NCBI RefSeq assembly: GCF_001447785.1
Contig: NW_015161468.1
Location: 67,971 to 131,970 of the forward strand
Origin: Gekko japonicus
Taxonomy: Eukaryota
Length of the DNA: 64,000 nucleotides
Direction of reading: 5' to 3'
This document shows, piece after piece, positions 52,431 through 64,000 of the stretch (the stretch's first letter is position 1; each line of letters opens with the position of its first letter). The position numbers and the translations under genes were made by a program. The notes below the pieces were generated by a model. It was not told the origin of the DNA. It made no database searches and worked only from the letters and a program-made list of their open reading frames with translations.

Positions 52431-53624
52431 ATCTCAATAGGACTGCTGGTCTTCAGCACTCTACAACCTCCACACACACTGCCACGCATGTACCACGAAC
52501 CCCGTCACACGCTACTTTCCCCCGCCCTTCTGTGGGAGTGGGACAAAGAGACTGAGCTGCTGTTAAATAATCAGTGAGTCCCCTGAAACAGCAGCAGCAG
52601 CGGTGTGAAAAGCAGGCAGCTCTGAACCGGCCCGTTGGGCTTCTGTGTCGCTGGCCAGCTGGGCAGGAAGGGTCACTTGCAGCCGCCTCTCTGCCTTTCT
52701 GCACTTTCCCAGGCGCATGGAGTGTCAACCTGGGGAAGGCAGTTCAGTTAACCTGAGTGTACAGTAAGCCACACAGATTTGGGGGGTGGGATTTTTCAGT
52801 CTGCACAGAATATGACGGGTTCCAGCACACGTCCAAGGTAAAAAGGACCAAGGATCTTGAGGCCCCTCCCTGGGTCCTTTGGCCGCCTGCAGAGGTAGAA
52901 GGAAGCATGGCTGATGTTTACTGACATCAGGGCGGTGGCAGCGCAGGCCCCTGACGGCAGCTTGTCCATCGACTGCCCTTTTTATCCCGCCCTCAGCAAA
53001 GGCCTGTCAGCTCTGCTCCCGTCACCTTCCTGCTAGCTAATGACCCAGTATCGACAGGATGGTGTCATGACTGATCAGGCATCAGCCCTGTTGCCTAGCA
53101 GCACCCCTGGGAAGGCCGCTGTGCCCGCCCTGCTCCCAGGCCTCCAGACAGGCACGGCACTTTCACGGGGCTTGGGGTGCCGGGCGCCAGCAAGCGTGAA
53201 GCCATCTGGATAAGTGGGTGAACCATCCATCAGGCCACAATAAGGACACAATAAAACAGTCGCCTGTCTTGTCCGGCACCCCATGTCCGATAGGGAGCAG
53301 CCACCAGGAAACCCACGAGCAGGGCGAGATGGAACTGTTTGGCCCCCCACTGCTGAGGGATCCACTGCCCTTGACCACGAACTTCCTAGAGATGCTGGCA
53401 GCCAAATTGATGGAGAACAGAGCTCATCCTTTGCAGTGAAGGGCTAGTGTCCCTCACCCGCTCTCAGGCTCCCCTCCCATATTAGATGGGCCAAACGTTC
53501 AGAAGACTATCTGGAGTGATAGAGCAGAGATCTGCTCCATTGCATCTGGGTGCATTTCATTTTACTCCTTCTTGTCCTGGGAGCAAAACTCCTCCCTTGA
53601 GGGTCACAGTGTGCCTGAAGTACC

Positions 53625-53851
53625 CAGGGCCGGCTCACTCACTAGGCAGACTAGGCGATCGCCTAGAGCAGGCCGGCCCTTAAGGGCACCAAACTGCACC
53701 CGGCCCCGTACTCTGGGAGTTTCTTGATTATTTGTGTTTTTCATTCTTTCTAAAATGCATTTATTTTTTAAAATTGGTGGGCGCACCGGTGGTGGGAGGG
53801 CGCCAGAAGGGATCCCCGCCTAGGGTGCAAAATAAGCTGGGGCCGGCCCTG
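53625..53851. mobile_element. hAT-type MITE
   Basis: TIR cagggccggc...gccggccctg with 8-bp TSD gaagtacc. Confidence 0.88.
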
Positions 53852-53865
53852 GAAGTACCACGTAC

Positions 53866-54074
53866 CTGAGTGACCTTTTCTGTGACATTCTGGGTACGCT
53901 CCGTCACCTTGTGTGGTGCGATGATCTCGATCTCCGTGGTAGAGCCGGAGCGATGTTTTTCCAGGTTGAACTCCACAAAGTTGAGGGTGAACTGTGGGAT
54001 CTGGCTGATGGTCCTGTACTTCATCAGATCGGAGTCTGATGTGGAATTCTGGCTGGGCTTCAGCTGGGAAGCTT
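53866..54074 (-). CDS. KCNH6: KCNH6 exon 4 (proximal N-terminus)
   Basis: (E)[69 protein letters not shown]. This is the KCNH6-type version of the segment. Acceptor cttcctcctcag, donor CAG|gtacgt, 209 bp, phase 1-0. Confidence 0.93.
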
Positions 54075-55349
54075 CTGAGGAGGAAGGGAATTAAAATGCC
54101 ATCAAGTTGGGAGGCCCACAACGTTTGCAATTGAAGAACCCACAGGTGTGCATGGCCTGAAATGACTCACTCGACACTGCAAAGGGACGGGGCAATTGGC
54201 CAAGGAGGACTGTCGGGCTTGTTGTAAGTGGGACGGCAGGATTTCAGTTTGGTGCTTGCTGGGGGCATACTTTTGTGGAATGAGGGAATCAAAGGTGGCC
54301 CTTCCAAATGAGGCAGGGCACAGCAAAAGGGGCTGGCAGCTCATGACCCCCTTCCGTTCTGAGGACCATGGAGCTTCAAGGGGAAGGGGAATTCCTCCAG
54401 TGGGTGAGGCTTGGAAAGAGCTTTGGTCTGTCACTTCTGTTCCCATCGCCCTGACCACTACATGCTGAGCATCCGCAGGCAGCCCCTCGCCAGTTCTGTT
54501 CCGATGATCGCCCTGCCCGCTACATGCTGAGCATCTGCAGGCAGCCCCTCCCCTGTGGCGCCTTCTGCAGAGAAAGACGGTTGGTGCCCTCCAGTGCTCA
54601 TTCGTGATGCTGCAGGCTGGTTCTCAGGCCTTTCGGCACCCCCTCCCCTCCCCACCCCACTCCAGTCAGCACAGAGTGGCAATGATTTTTCTCACCGGGC
54701 TTTGGGGGCGGGACAGGGGGTACTGGAGACGAGGGATGAGATTCCAATTGGAAATGTCTCACTGCCCCACTATGTTTCACCCCTTCTCCAAATGGGCCCT
54801 GTTTTCCCCTCTCCACTGGGGATGACTTTGTTCCTTCGACTGGGAACAGCCACCCCTGCCCAGGGTGGGCTAGCGGTCGGAGGACTGGGAGGACCTTGAG
54901 CTCGTCACATCATCGACCTCCCAACTCTGGTGAGGCTAAAGATGAAGGAACGAGGTAAGCTGCTCTGGGTCCCCACCGGGGTACAAATGAGGCAAATAAA
55001 CAAACCAATTCATCCCAACTCATCTTCAGCAAAGCTTTTCCCGAATGACTCCAGAGTCGCCCCCTTCCCCTCACCACGGTCCCCTGACTCCTCCTTTGCA
55101 GTAGTATGTCCGAAAAGGATCTAGGGGTCTTAGTAGACCATACACTGAACATGAGTCAGCAGCAAGATGCAATTTGGGGTCAGGAAGCAACCTTCTGGGT
55201 GTGGAACAGTGGCCACTGGCGGATGTGGAGGGGGGAGGTATTTGTGAATTTCCTGCCTTGTGCAGGGGGTTGGACTAGATGACCCTGGAGATCCCTTCCA
55301 ATTCTGTGTTTCTATGATTGCTCAAAATAAAAGGCCAGTCCACACTTTA

Positions 55350-55847
<498 letters not shown>

Positions 55848-56067
55848 TTACATGCCCAGGGAAATGCTGATTGCCACTTTGGGGTCAGGAAGCAACCTTC
55901 TGGGTGTAGAACAGAAGCCACTGCAGGTGTGGAGGGGGGAGGTATTTGTGGATTTCCTGCCTTGTGCAGGGGGTTGGACTAGATGACCCTGGAGGTCCCT
56001 TCCAATTCTATGTTTCTATGATTGCTCAAATTAAAAGGCCAGTCCACACTTTAAACCATATGCATTA

Positions 56068-56565
<498 letters not shown>

Positions 56566-56824
56566 CTATTGAGGAGCTCTTCTGAATGTCTCCCTGTGTA
56601 ATGAAATGAGCATTGCTGCAGCTTCTGAGCAATTTCCGCTTCTATGGCTTCCATGCCCCATTCGAGGTACTAGAGTTAATTATAATGTTTGTGTATGACA
56701 TCAGCCGGATTGCCACTGTACAGTGACCAGGTGGCAAGCAGGTACTTTCTGCTCTTTAGTCAAACTTCTGAACCACACCTGGGAAATGCCTGGAGGTTTT
56801 TTGGGGGGGGAGGTAAAGCCTAAG

Positions 56825-57168
56825 CTGCAGTGGCTCAAGGGGTTAAGACTCTGAACTGCAGGCTGTGGAAGGTCGGTCGTTCAGCAGTTCGAGACCCGAG
56901 TGTGCCGCATGACGGAGTGAGCTCCCGTCTCTAGTTCCAGCTCCTGCCAACCTAGCAGTTCGAATGCAAGAAATTGCAAGTAGATAAATAGGTACCGCTC
57001 CAGTGGGAAGGTAACAGCGTTCCGTGCGCCTTGGTGTTTAGTCATGCCAGCCACATGACCACGGAAACATCTTCGGACAGCGCTGGCTCATCGGCTTTGA
57101 AACGGAGATGAGCACCGCAACCCTAGAGTTGGACTCGACTGGCCTTCGAGCAAGGGAACCTTTACCTT
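56825..57168 (+). mobile_element. Full-length Sauria SINE
   Basis: tRNA-like head gcagtggctcaaggggttaag, (accttt)n tail, 11-bp TSD taaagcctaag. Confidence 0.9.
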
Positions 57169-58499
57169 TAAAGCCTAAGGAAGGTGGGTTTTGGGGAGGG
57201 TCTTTAACAGGGCACAACGCCATAGAGTCCACCCCCTGAAGCAGCCGTTTTTCTCCAGGGGAGCTGATCTCTTGTCACCTGGAGACCAGTTGTAATAGTG
57301 GGGGATCTCCAGCCACCACCTGGAAGTTGGCAACCCTAATTCACACCATCATGACGCTTCTTGCTGGGAATGCAGCTGAGTTCTTCGGGTGGGGTGGACA
57401 TGACACTGACATTAGGGTACAATTTAACTTTCGGGCCAGCTGCTTCTTCCAGCCCCTTTTTATGCTGTTGAGTCACCTGAGTTCTTCTGGTGTATTATGC
57501 CGTCTTCTCATATTTAGGTCTAGTTTCTAGACCAGCTTTTCCACAAGAATGCAACCTGAGCTACTGTGATGTACCTTTAGTCCGGAGTCAGTAAATGCTG
57601 CAGTTCCATCCCAGTATTCCCCACCACCTCAAGGTAGCAGAGAAGGACTTTGAGATGAAATCTTTCTTGGTAGAGGCCCAATGAGAAGTGAGGTGGAGGG
57701 CAGAACCTACTGTGCTCTTAGCTGCTGCGCCCGTCAGGCTCCCTTTGGATTGTCCTCACTGTGAAAACTCTCTCTCTGTTCCCCCAGGAAGGGGGAAAGA
57801 GCCACTGGTGTGCATGCGGTGGGTCACTGTCAGGGTGGCACCAGCCAGAGTCAGTCCTCTAGCATGGCCCCCCAGCAGGTAACAATGAGGGACCATGACA
57901 GAAAATCACCTTGCCTTGCCCTACTATTGGCTAACTTTTTCTATCTGCCACATTAGACACCTGACCTCCAGTCTGTTGGTCTATCTTCAGTATTGTCACA
58001 GACGAAACCTCCTCCTCCGACTCCACTCATACTCATGATCAGTGTGTTTCTACCCACCAGTTATTTAGTGCTTACTTATCAAAATGATGAATTTTGCACT
58101 CCCGTGACAAACTCAGAGCCTTGTTTGCAATGGGATTTCTCTGTTCTGTCTAATTGCTTGTAACCACTTGGTATTTGGGCTGTTGGGGGGGGGGGCAGTG
58201 AGTGAGTGTATGTGTGGGGGGAAACTGCTTTGCTTCGCTACTTCGCGATTGTTTTCTTAAGGAGCCTCCTGTATGGGAAGAATGTGAATGACCTTGGGCA
58301 CCTTTCTCTGCTGGCCTGTCTTAGACAATAAAACAGTTAGGTTCGCAGGTGGGGTTGGGGTAGGTGCACACACTGGATTTTAGGCGGGCTGAGTGAATGA
58401 CTTGATTGGATGGGTCTCTACTTGACACAGCTACGTATCTCAATAAACAAATCTTTAACAGAAGAGTGTTGTTGGGAGTGAGTTCATGCAAGAGTCTGG

Positions 58500-58830
58500 A
58501 GAATTAAATCAATAATGGGTTTAAATGATGGGCAGAAATGTATCAGCTGTATATTAGGGAATTTTTTTTTACAGTAAGAGCTGTTCCTGTTGACAGCAGA
58601 GGATAGCATTTACAATAATGGGTTTATATTACAGGCAAAAAGGTACCGGCTAGATATTAGGAAATGTTTCCTTAGAGTAGTTCAGCAGTGCCCTCCCCCC
58701 ACCTCTGGCCATCTTCAAACAACAGCTGGATGAAGACTCATCAGGGATGCTTTAGGCTGATCCGGCATCGAGCATAGGATTGGACTAGATGGCCTGTATG
58801 GCTCCTTCCAACTCTATGAATCTGTGATTC
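58500..58830 (+). mobile_element. Degenerate CR1 3' end
   Basis: ggattggactagatggcct...ccttccaactctatgaatctgtgattc terminus. Confidence 0.65.
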
Positions 58831-59909
58831 CTTCCCAACTAATCAATAAGGTGACTTATAAATGTGTTACTAATGAAGTTCTCAAATTCTGCTGTAAATA
58901 CCTGAATCGATGGATCATATTATCCATCGATTTGCTAGAGCAAAGTGTAGAAAAAGACCTGGAAAATATTGGTATTCTTGAATATCCCTGAATACCAGGA
59001 TCAGTATTGTATTGGTATTCAGGTAAATATTCAGGAAACCCAAATTTATTTGGTTCCATTATACCCTATGGGCATGACTTGGCAAGTGAACTCAGAAGAT
59101 ATTTAAAGTTTGCTGAAAGATCTGTTTAACTTCCATGTGGCCCTGATCCAGGGTTTAGATATCCATCGATGGGGGCCACAGAATTCTACAGGAGAGGCAC
59201 ACTAAGCAGTTAGAAGAGCAGGGTTTTTTTTTAATAATTATATGAATTTTGGCTCCACAAATCCAACATCTAAACTAACCTAAAAAGGAGCTGATAGTAT
59301 AATTGAGAATAGATATTTTTGAGGAAGCTTGTGGCAAGAAAGGTAGATAGTAAACTAAACCTACAACTCTAAACAAAATATCTGCAATAAAACAAGAATG
59401 TATGTGTCAAGAATTCCCAATCCAGGGAATCCTTGGTATGGGGGGAGCGGTAATTCAAACCTATAAAACCACACAGTCAGAAGCCAAGGGGCAAGCTTCT
59501 AGCCTTGGGAATCAAGAAAGCCAACCCTGCAAGGTAGGCTACTTGCAGAATGAATTTCAACTAATAATTAACCAGTATGTGGACACTTTAAGGTACTGGG
59601 ATTACATTGAAGCTTCTGGAGTACAAAACAACCAGGTATAATCAAAGTATTTTTTTATTAAAGAGTGTAAGAATATTTCCAAATAGAAAGACAACCCTGC
59701 AAGGTACGTTACCTGCAAAATGAGTTTCCACTAATAGTTATCCAGTAGATAGACGCTTTAAGGTACTGGAATTAGACTGAAGCTTCTGGACTACAGAACA
59801 ACCAGGTATATTAAAAGTATCTATTTTTTAAAAAATTAATTAAAGAGTGCAAGAACACTTTCCAAAGAACAAAGCAATGAACAGGGGGGAGGGGATCTAA
59901 GTTATAAGT

Positions 59910-60386
59910 TCTAGCTACACATTATACCCTAATTTATAGTCGCCGTGGGTTACTCTGCTCTCCTTGGGTGAAGTCCGGCAGCCCGAGCACACGTCCCGGT
60001 CGAGGTCCCGTAGGTCGGGGGAAATGCCGATCAGATGGGTATCCTGCAGCGCGGCACAGAAGCTGCACCACACGATCGCACTAGCAATTGCTCTTTGTGC
60101 GCATGTGTTGTTGGGCGCTATTGCGCAACCTGCGGAAACGAACAGCGGCGGGCACCGGATGCCATGGAAGACCACCGGGAACGCGATCAGACGCCTGCCC
60201 TTGGCCCGCAGTTTCCGGAAACTAGTACCTCGTAGGTACTAGTTTTTAACTCCGCACCTTCGGCGGGGAGCCACGGGTTCACCATGGGAGCATTGCGCTT
60301 CCCAGATGTTGGGGTGAAATCGCGCCCGGAAAATCCGCGGGGCTCCCGTGCCTCTCCCACGGTAACTTTGCTGTGTGACCGGGGCC
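59910..60386. mobile_element. Harbinger-like CpG-rich MITE
   Basis: Ends gtgtgaccggggcc, as at 6973-6986. Internal hairpin aaactagtacct-cgt-aggtactagttt. Left end uncertain. Confidence 0.5.
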
Positions 60387-60998
60387 AATGTTATGTAAAT
60401 AGGCTATGGTTGGGAGTGGGGTGTGTTTGGGTGTGGGTTTTGCATGCTACTTAAACAGGGCAGTTGCCCTTCAATCTTCAGTCTTGTTCCTGAAATCACT
60501 AAATAAAGTAGAGCTGTTCACTGCAATGCGTCTGGAACCCAGTATTTAATACGTTGTGTGTTCATCTAATAATTAACAATTCATCTAATTGTTCAGTGAC
60601 AAATGATGTGGCTTCTTCTCACATTATTCAAAGGCACCAAGTCAGACGTGTTAACTTTCTCATGACAAACCCCAGATGTTTCCCTTTGCTCTCTTCCTCC
60701 ATGTCTCAGGCCCAAGTTTTGATATGAAGCCTGAACCAATGTTTTCATGCAAGAACAAGGGATTGAACTGGAGGTCCAGTTCTCCTTGACAGGCTCCACA
60801 AATCCAACATATAAACTAACCAAAAAAGGTGGTAATATTATAGTTAGGAATAGGAAGCCGTGGCTGAATGGCTACAGCAAAGCCAGTTGAGACTTAATCC
60901 CACTAAGATGGAGGTTCTGTACCTAGGTTGGGGGGGGGGGGATCGGGTCAGGAATCAGGCTGCCCACCTTGGATGGGGCAGAGCAAGGCCAGGGGGGG

Positions 60999-63820
60999 GC
61001 AGTGAAGTCCAATCAGCTTCCATATGCAAAAGACCTTGAAGGTTCCATATGCAACTGACATTCCAACTGCCTTGCGGGGAGGGGGGTGAGTTTGAGGTGT
61101 GGAATGCAGTGAAGTCCAATCAGCTTCCATATGCAAAAGACCTTGAAGGTTCCATATGCAACTGACATTCCAACTGCCTTGCGGGGAGGGGGGTGAGTTT
61201 GAGGTGTGGAATGCAGTGAAGTCCAATCAGCTTCCATATGCAAAAGACCTTGAAGGTTCCATATGCAACTGACATTCCAACTGCCTTGCGGGGAGGGGGG
61301 TGAGTTTGAGGTGTGGAATGCAGTGAAGTCCAATCAGCTTCCATATGCAAAAGACCTTGAAGGTTCCATATGCAACTGACATTCCAACTGCCTTGCGGGG
61401 AGGGGGGTGAGTTTGAGGTGTGGAATGCAGTGAAGTCCAATCAGCTTCCATATGCAAAAGACCTTGAAGGTTCCATATGCAACTGACATTCCAACTGCCT
61501 TGCGGGGAGGGGGGTGAGTTTGAGGTGTGGAATGCAGTGAAGTCCAATCAGCTTCCATATGCAAAAGACCTTGAAGGTTCCATATGCAACTGACATTCCA
61601 ACTGCCTTGCGGGGAGGGGGGTGAGTTTGAGGTGTGGAATGCAGTGAAGTCCAATCAGCTTCCATATGCAAAAGACCTTGAAGGTTCCATATGCAACTGA
61701 CATTCCAACTGCCTTGCGGGGAGGGGGGTGAGTTTGAGGTGTGGAATGCAGTGAAGTCCAATCAGCTTCCATATGCAAAAGACCTTGAAGGTTCCATATG
61801 CAACTGACATTCCAACTGCCTTGCGGGGAGGGGGGTGAGTTTGAGGTGTGGAATGCAGTGAAGTCCAATCAGCTTCCATATGCAAAAGACCTTGAAGGTT
61901 CCATATGCAACTGACATTCCAACTGCCTTGCGGGGAGGGGGGTGAGTTTGAGGTGTGGAATGCAGTGAAGTCCAATCAGCTTCCATATGCAAAAGACCTT
62001 GAAGGTTCCATATGCAACTGACATTCCAACTGCCTTGCGGGGAGGGGGGTGAGTTTGAGGTGTGGAATGCAGTGAAGTCCAATCAGCTTCCATATGCAAA
62101 AGACCTTGAAGGTTCCATATGCAACTGACATTCCAACTGCCTTGCGGGGAGGGGGGTGAGTTTGAGGTGTGGAATGCAGTGAAGTCCAATCAGCTTCCAT
62201 ATGCAAAAGACCTTGAAGGTTCCATATGCAACTGACATTCCAACTGCCTTGCGGGGAGGGGGGTGAGTTTGAGGTGTGGAATGCAGTGAAGTCCAATCAG
62301 CTTCCATATGCAAAAGACCTTGAAGGTTCCATATGCAACTGACATTCCAACTGCCTTGCGGGGAGGGGGGTGAGTTTGAGGTGTGGAATGCAGTGAAGTC
62401 CAATCAGCTTCCATATGCAAAAGACCTTGAAGGTTCCATATGCAACTGACATTCCAACTGCCTTGCGGGGAGGGGGGTGAGTTTGAGGTGTGGAATGCAG
62501 TGAAGTCCAATCAGCTTCCATATGCAAAAGACCTTGAAGGTTCCATATGCAACTGACATTCCAACTGCCTTGCGGGGAGGGGGGTGAGTTTGAGGTGTGG
62601 AATGCAGTGAAGTCCAATCAGCTTCCATATGCAAAAGACCTTGAAGGTTCCATATGCAACTGACATTCCAACTGCCTTGCGGGGAGGGGGGTGAGTTTGA
62701 GGTGTGGAATGCAGTGAAGTCCAATCAGCTTCCATATGCAAAAGACCTTGAAGGTTCCATATGCAACTGACATTCCAACTGCCTTGCGGGGAGGGGGGTG
62801 AGTTTGAGGTGTGGAATGCAGTGAAGTCCAATCAGCTTCCATATGCAAAAGACCTTGAAGGTTCCATATGCAACTGACATTCCAACTGCCTTGCGGGGAG
62901 GGGGGTGAGTTTGAGGTGTGGAATGCAGTGAAGTCCAATCAGCTTCCATATGCAAAAGACCTTGAAGGTTCCATATGCAACTGACATTCCAACTGCCTTG
63001 CGGGGAGGGGGGTGAGTTTGAGGTGTGGAATGCAGTGAAGTCCAATCAGCTTCCATATGCAAAAGACCTTGAAGGTTCCATATGCAACTGACATTCCAAC
63101 TGCCTTGCGGGGAGGGGGGTGAGTTTGAGGTGTGGAATGCAGTGAAGTCCAATCAGCTTCCATATGCAAAAGACCTTGAAGGTTCCATATGCAACTGACA
63201 TTCCAACTGCCTTGCGGGGAGGGGGGTGAGTTTGAGGTGTGGAATGCAGTGAAGTCCAATCAGCTTCCATATGCAAAAGACCTTGAAGGTTCCATATGCA
63301 ACTGACATTCCAACTGCCTTGCGGGGAGGGGGGTGAGTTTGAGGTGTGGAATGCAGTGAAGTCCAATCAGCTTCCATATGCAAAAGACCTTGAAGGTTCC
63401 ATATGCAACTGACATTCCAACTGCCTTGCGGGGAGGGGGGTGAGTTTGAGGTGTGGAATGCAGTGAAGTCCAATCAGCTTCCATATGCAAAAGACCTTGA
63501 AGGTTCCATATGCAACTGACATTCCAACTGCCTTGCGGGGAGGGGGGTGAGTTTGAGGTGTGGAATGCAGTGAAGTCCAATCAGCTTCCATATGCAAAAG
63601 ACCTTGAAGGTTCCATATGCAACTGACATTCCAACTGCCTTGCGGGGAGGGGGGTGAGTTTGAGGTGTGGAATGCAGTGAAGTCCAATCAGCTTCCATAT
63701 GCAAAAGACCTTGAAGGTTCCATATGCAACTGACATTCCAACTGCCTTGCGGGGAGGGGGGTGAGTTTGAGGTGTGGAATGCAGTGAAGTCCAATCAGCT
63801 TCCATATGCAAAAGACCTTG
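60999..63820. repeat. 107-bp tandem array, ~26.4 copies
   Basis: Unit gcagtgaagtccaatcagcttccatatgcaaaagaccttgaaggttccatatgcaactgacattccaactgccttgcggggaggggggtgagtttgaggtgtggaat. The ORF track repeats identically every 107 nt. Confidence 0.99.
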
Positions 63821-64000
63821 GAACGCTGGGCGGGACTGCACAAAGCAGCCAGTCAACCCAGCCAGTGTTCTGAGTGGCAGTTTTTCCGGCCTAACACTAA
63901 GGATGTGAAATTTAGAACGTTCATATAGAACTTTCATACTCAATGGTCAGCAAAAGACAGAAGAGACCTTCTCACTTCTGCAGGACTATACCGCATACCA

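Noticed and set aside
53163-53405. Minus-strand ORF containing SRKFVV, resembling the start of ERG exon 2 (SRKFIIANA)
   Set aside because: No similarity beyond a few residues, wrong position, and a non-ATG start.
57990-58460. Possible LTR (tgtcac start, two aataaa)
   Set aside because: No matching TSD or clear terminal CA could be defined.
60948-63943. Series of identical 106-aa ORFs; superficially CRISPR-like regularity
   Set aside because: The ORFs arise because a 107-nt unit cycles through frames with one stop. There are no unique spacers and no cas genes, and the DNA is vertebrate.

Overview
Eukaryotic (vertebrate) genomic DNA. The Sauria SINE, BovB and CR1 repeat content points to a squamate reptile, probably a lizard or gecko. 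The whole window lies inside one minus-strand gene, the ERG-family potassium channel KCNH6 (Kv11.2/ERG2). I can place nine distinct coding exons, all with GT-AG ends and matching phases. They run from the C-terminal half of the PAS domain through S1-S6, the C-linker and CNBHD into the distal C-terminus. Exons 1-2 and the final coiled-coil exons were not found and should lie outside the window (or in a gap). Exon numbers follow mammalian KCNH6 up to exon 9 and are provisional afterwards. The introns are packed with LINEs (CR1, L1, L2, BovB, an RTE-X-like clade), SINEs, hAT/Harbinger/Mariner-type MITEs, a solo LTR and a degraded DIRS element. There are three N gaps. Most notable observations: (1) the frame-symmetric 156-bp PAS exon 3 is present twice, identical and with intact splice sites, while the flanking intron copies have diverged; (2) a CpG-island-like segment sits in the intron equivalent to the one holding the hERG1b alternative first exon, next to a gap; (3) a DIRS ITR/ICR architecture spans almost all of intron 9; (4) a perfect 107-bp x ~26 tandem array lies in intron 2; (5) a weak donor with an 88-aa read-through lies at the site equivalent to hERG-USO. 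No prokaryotic-type system, CRISPR array, rRNA or genuine tRNA gene is seen. All comparisons were made by eye.
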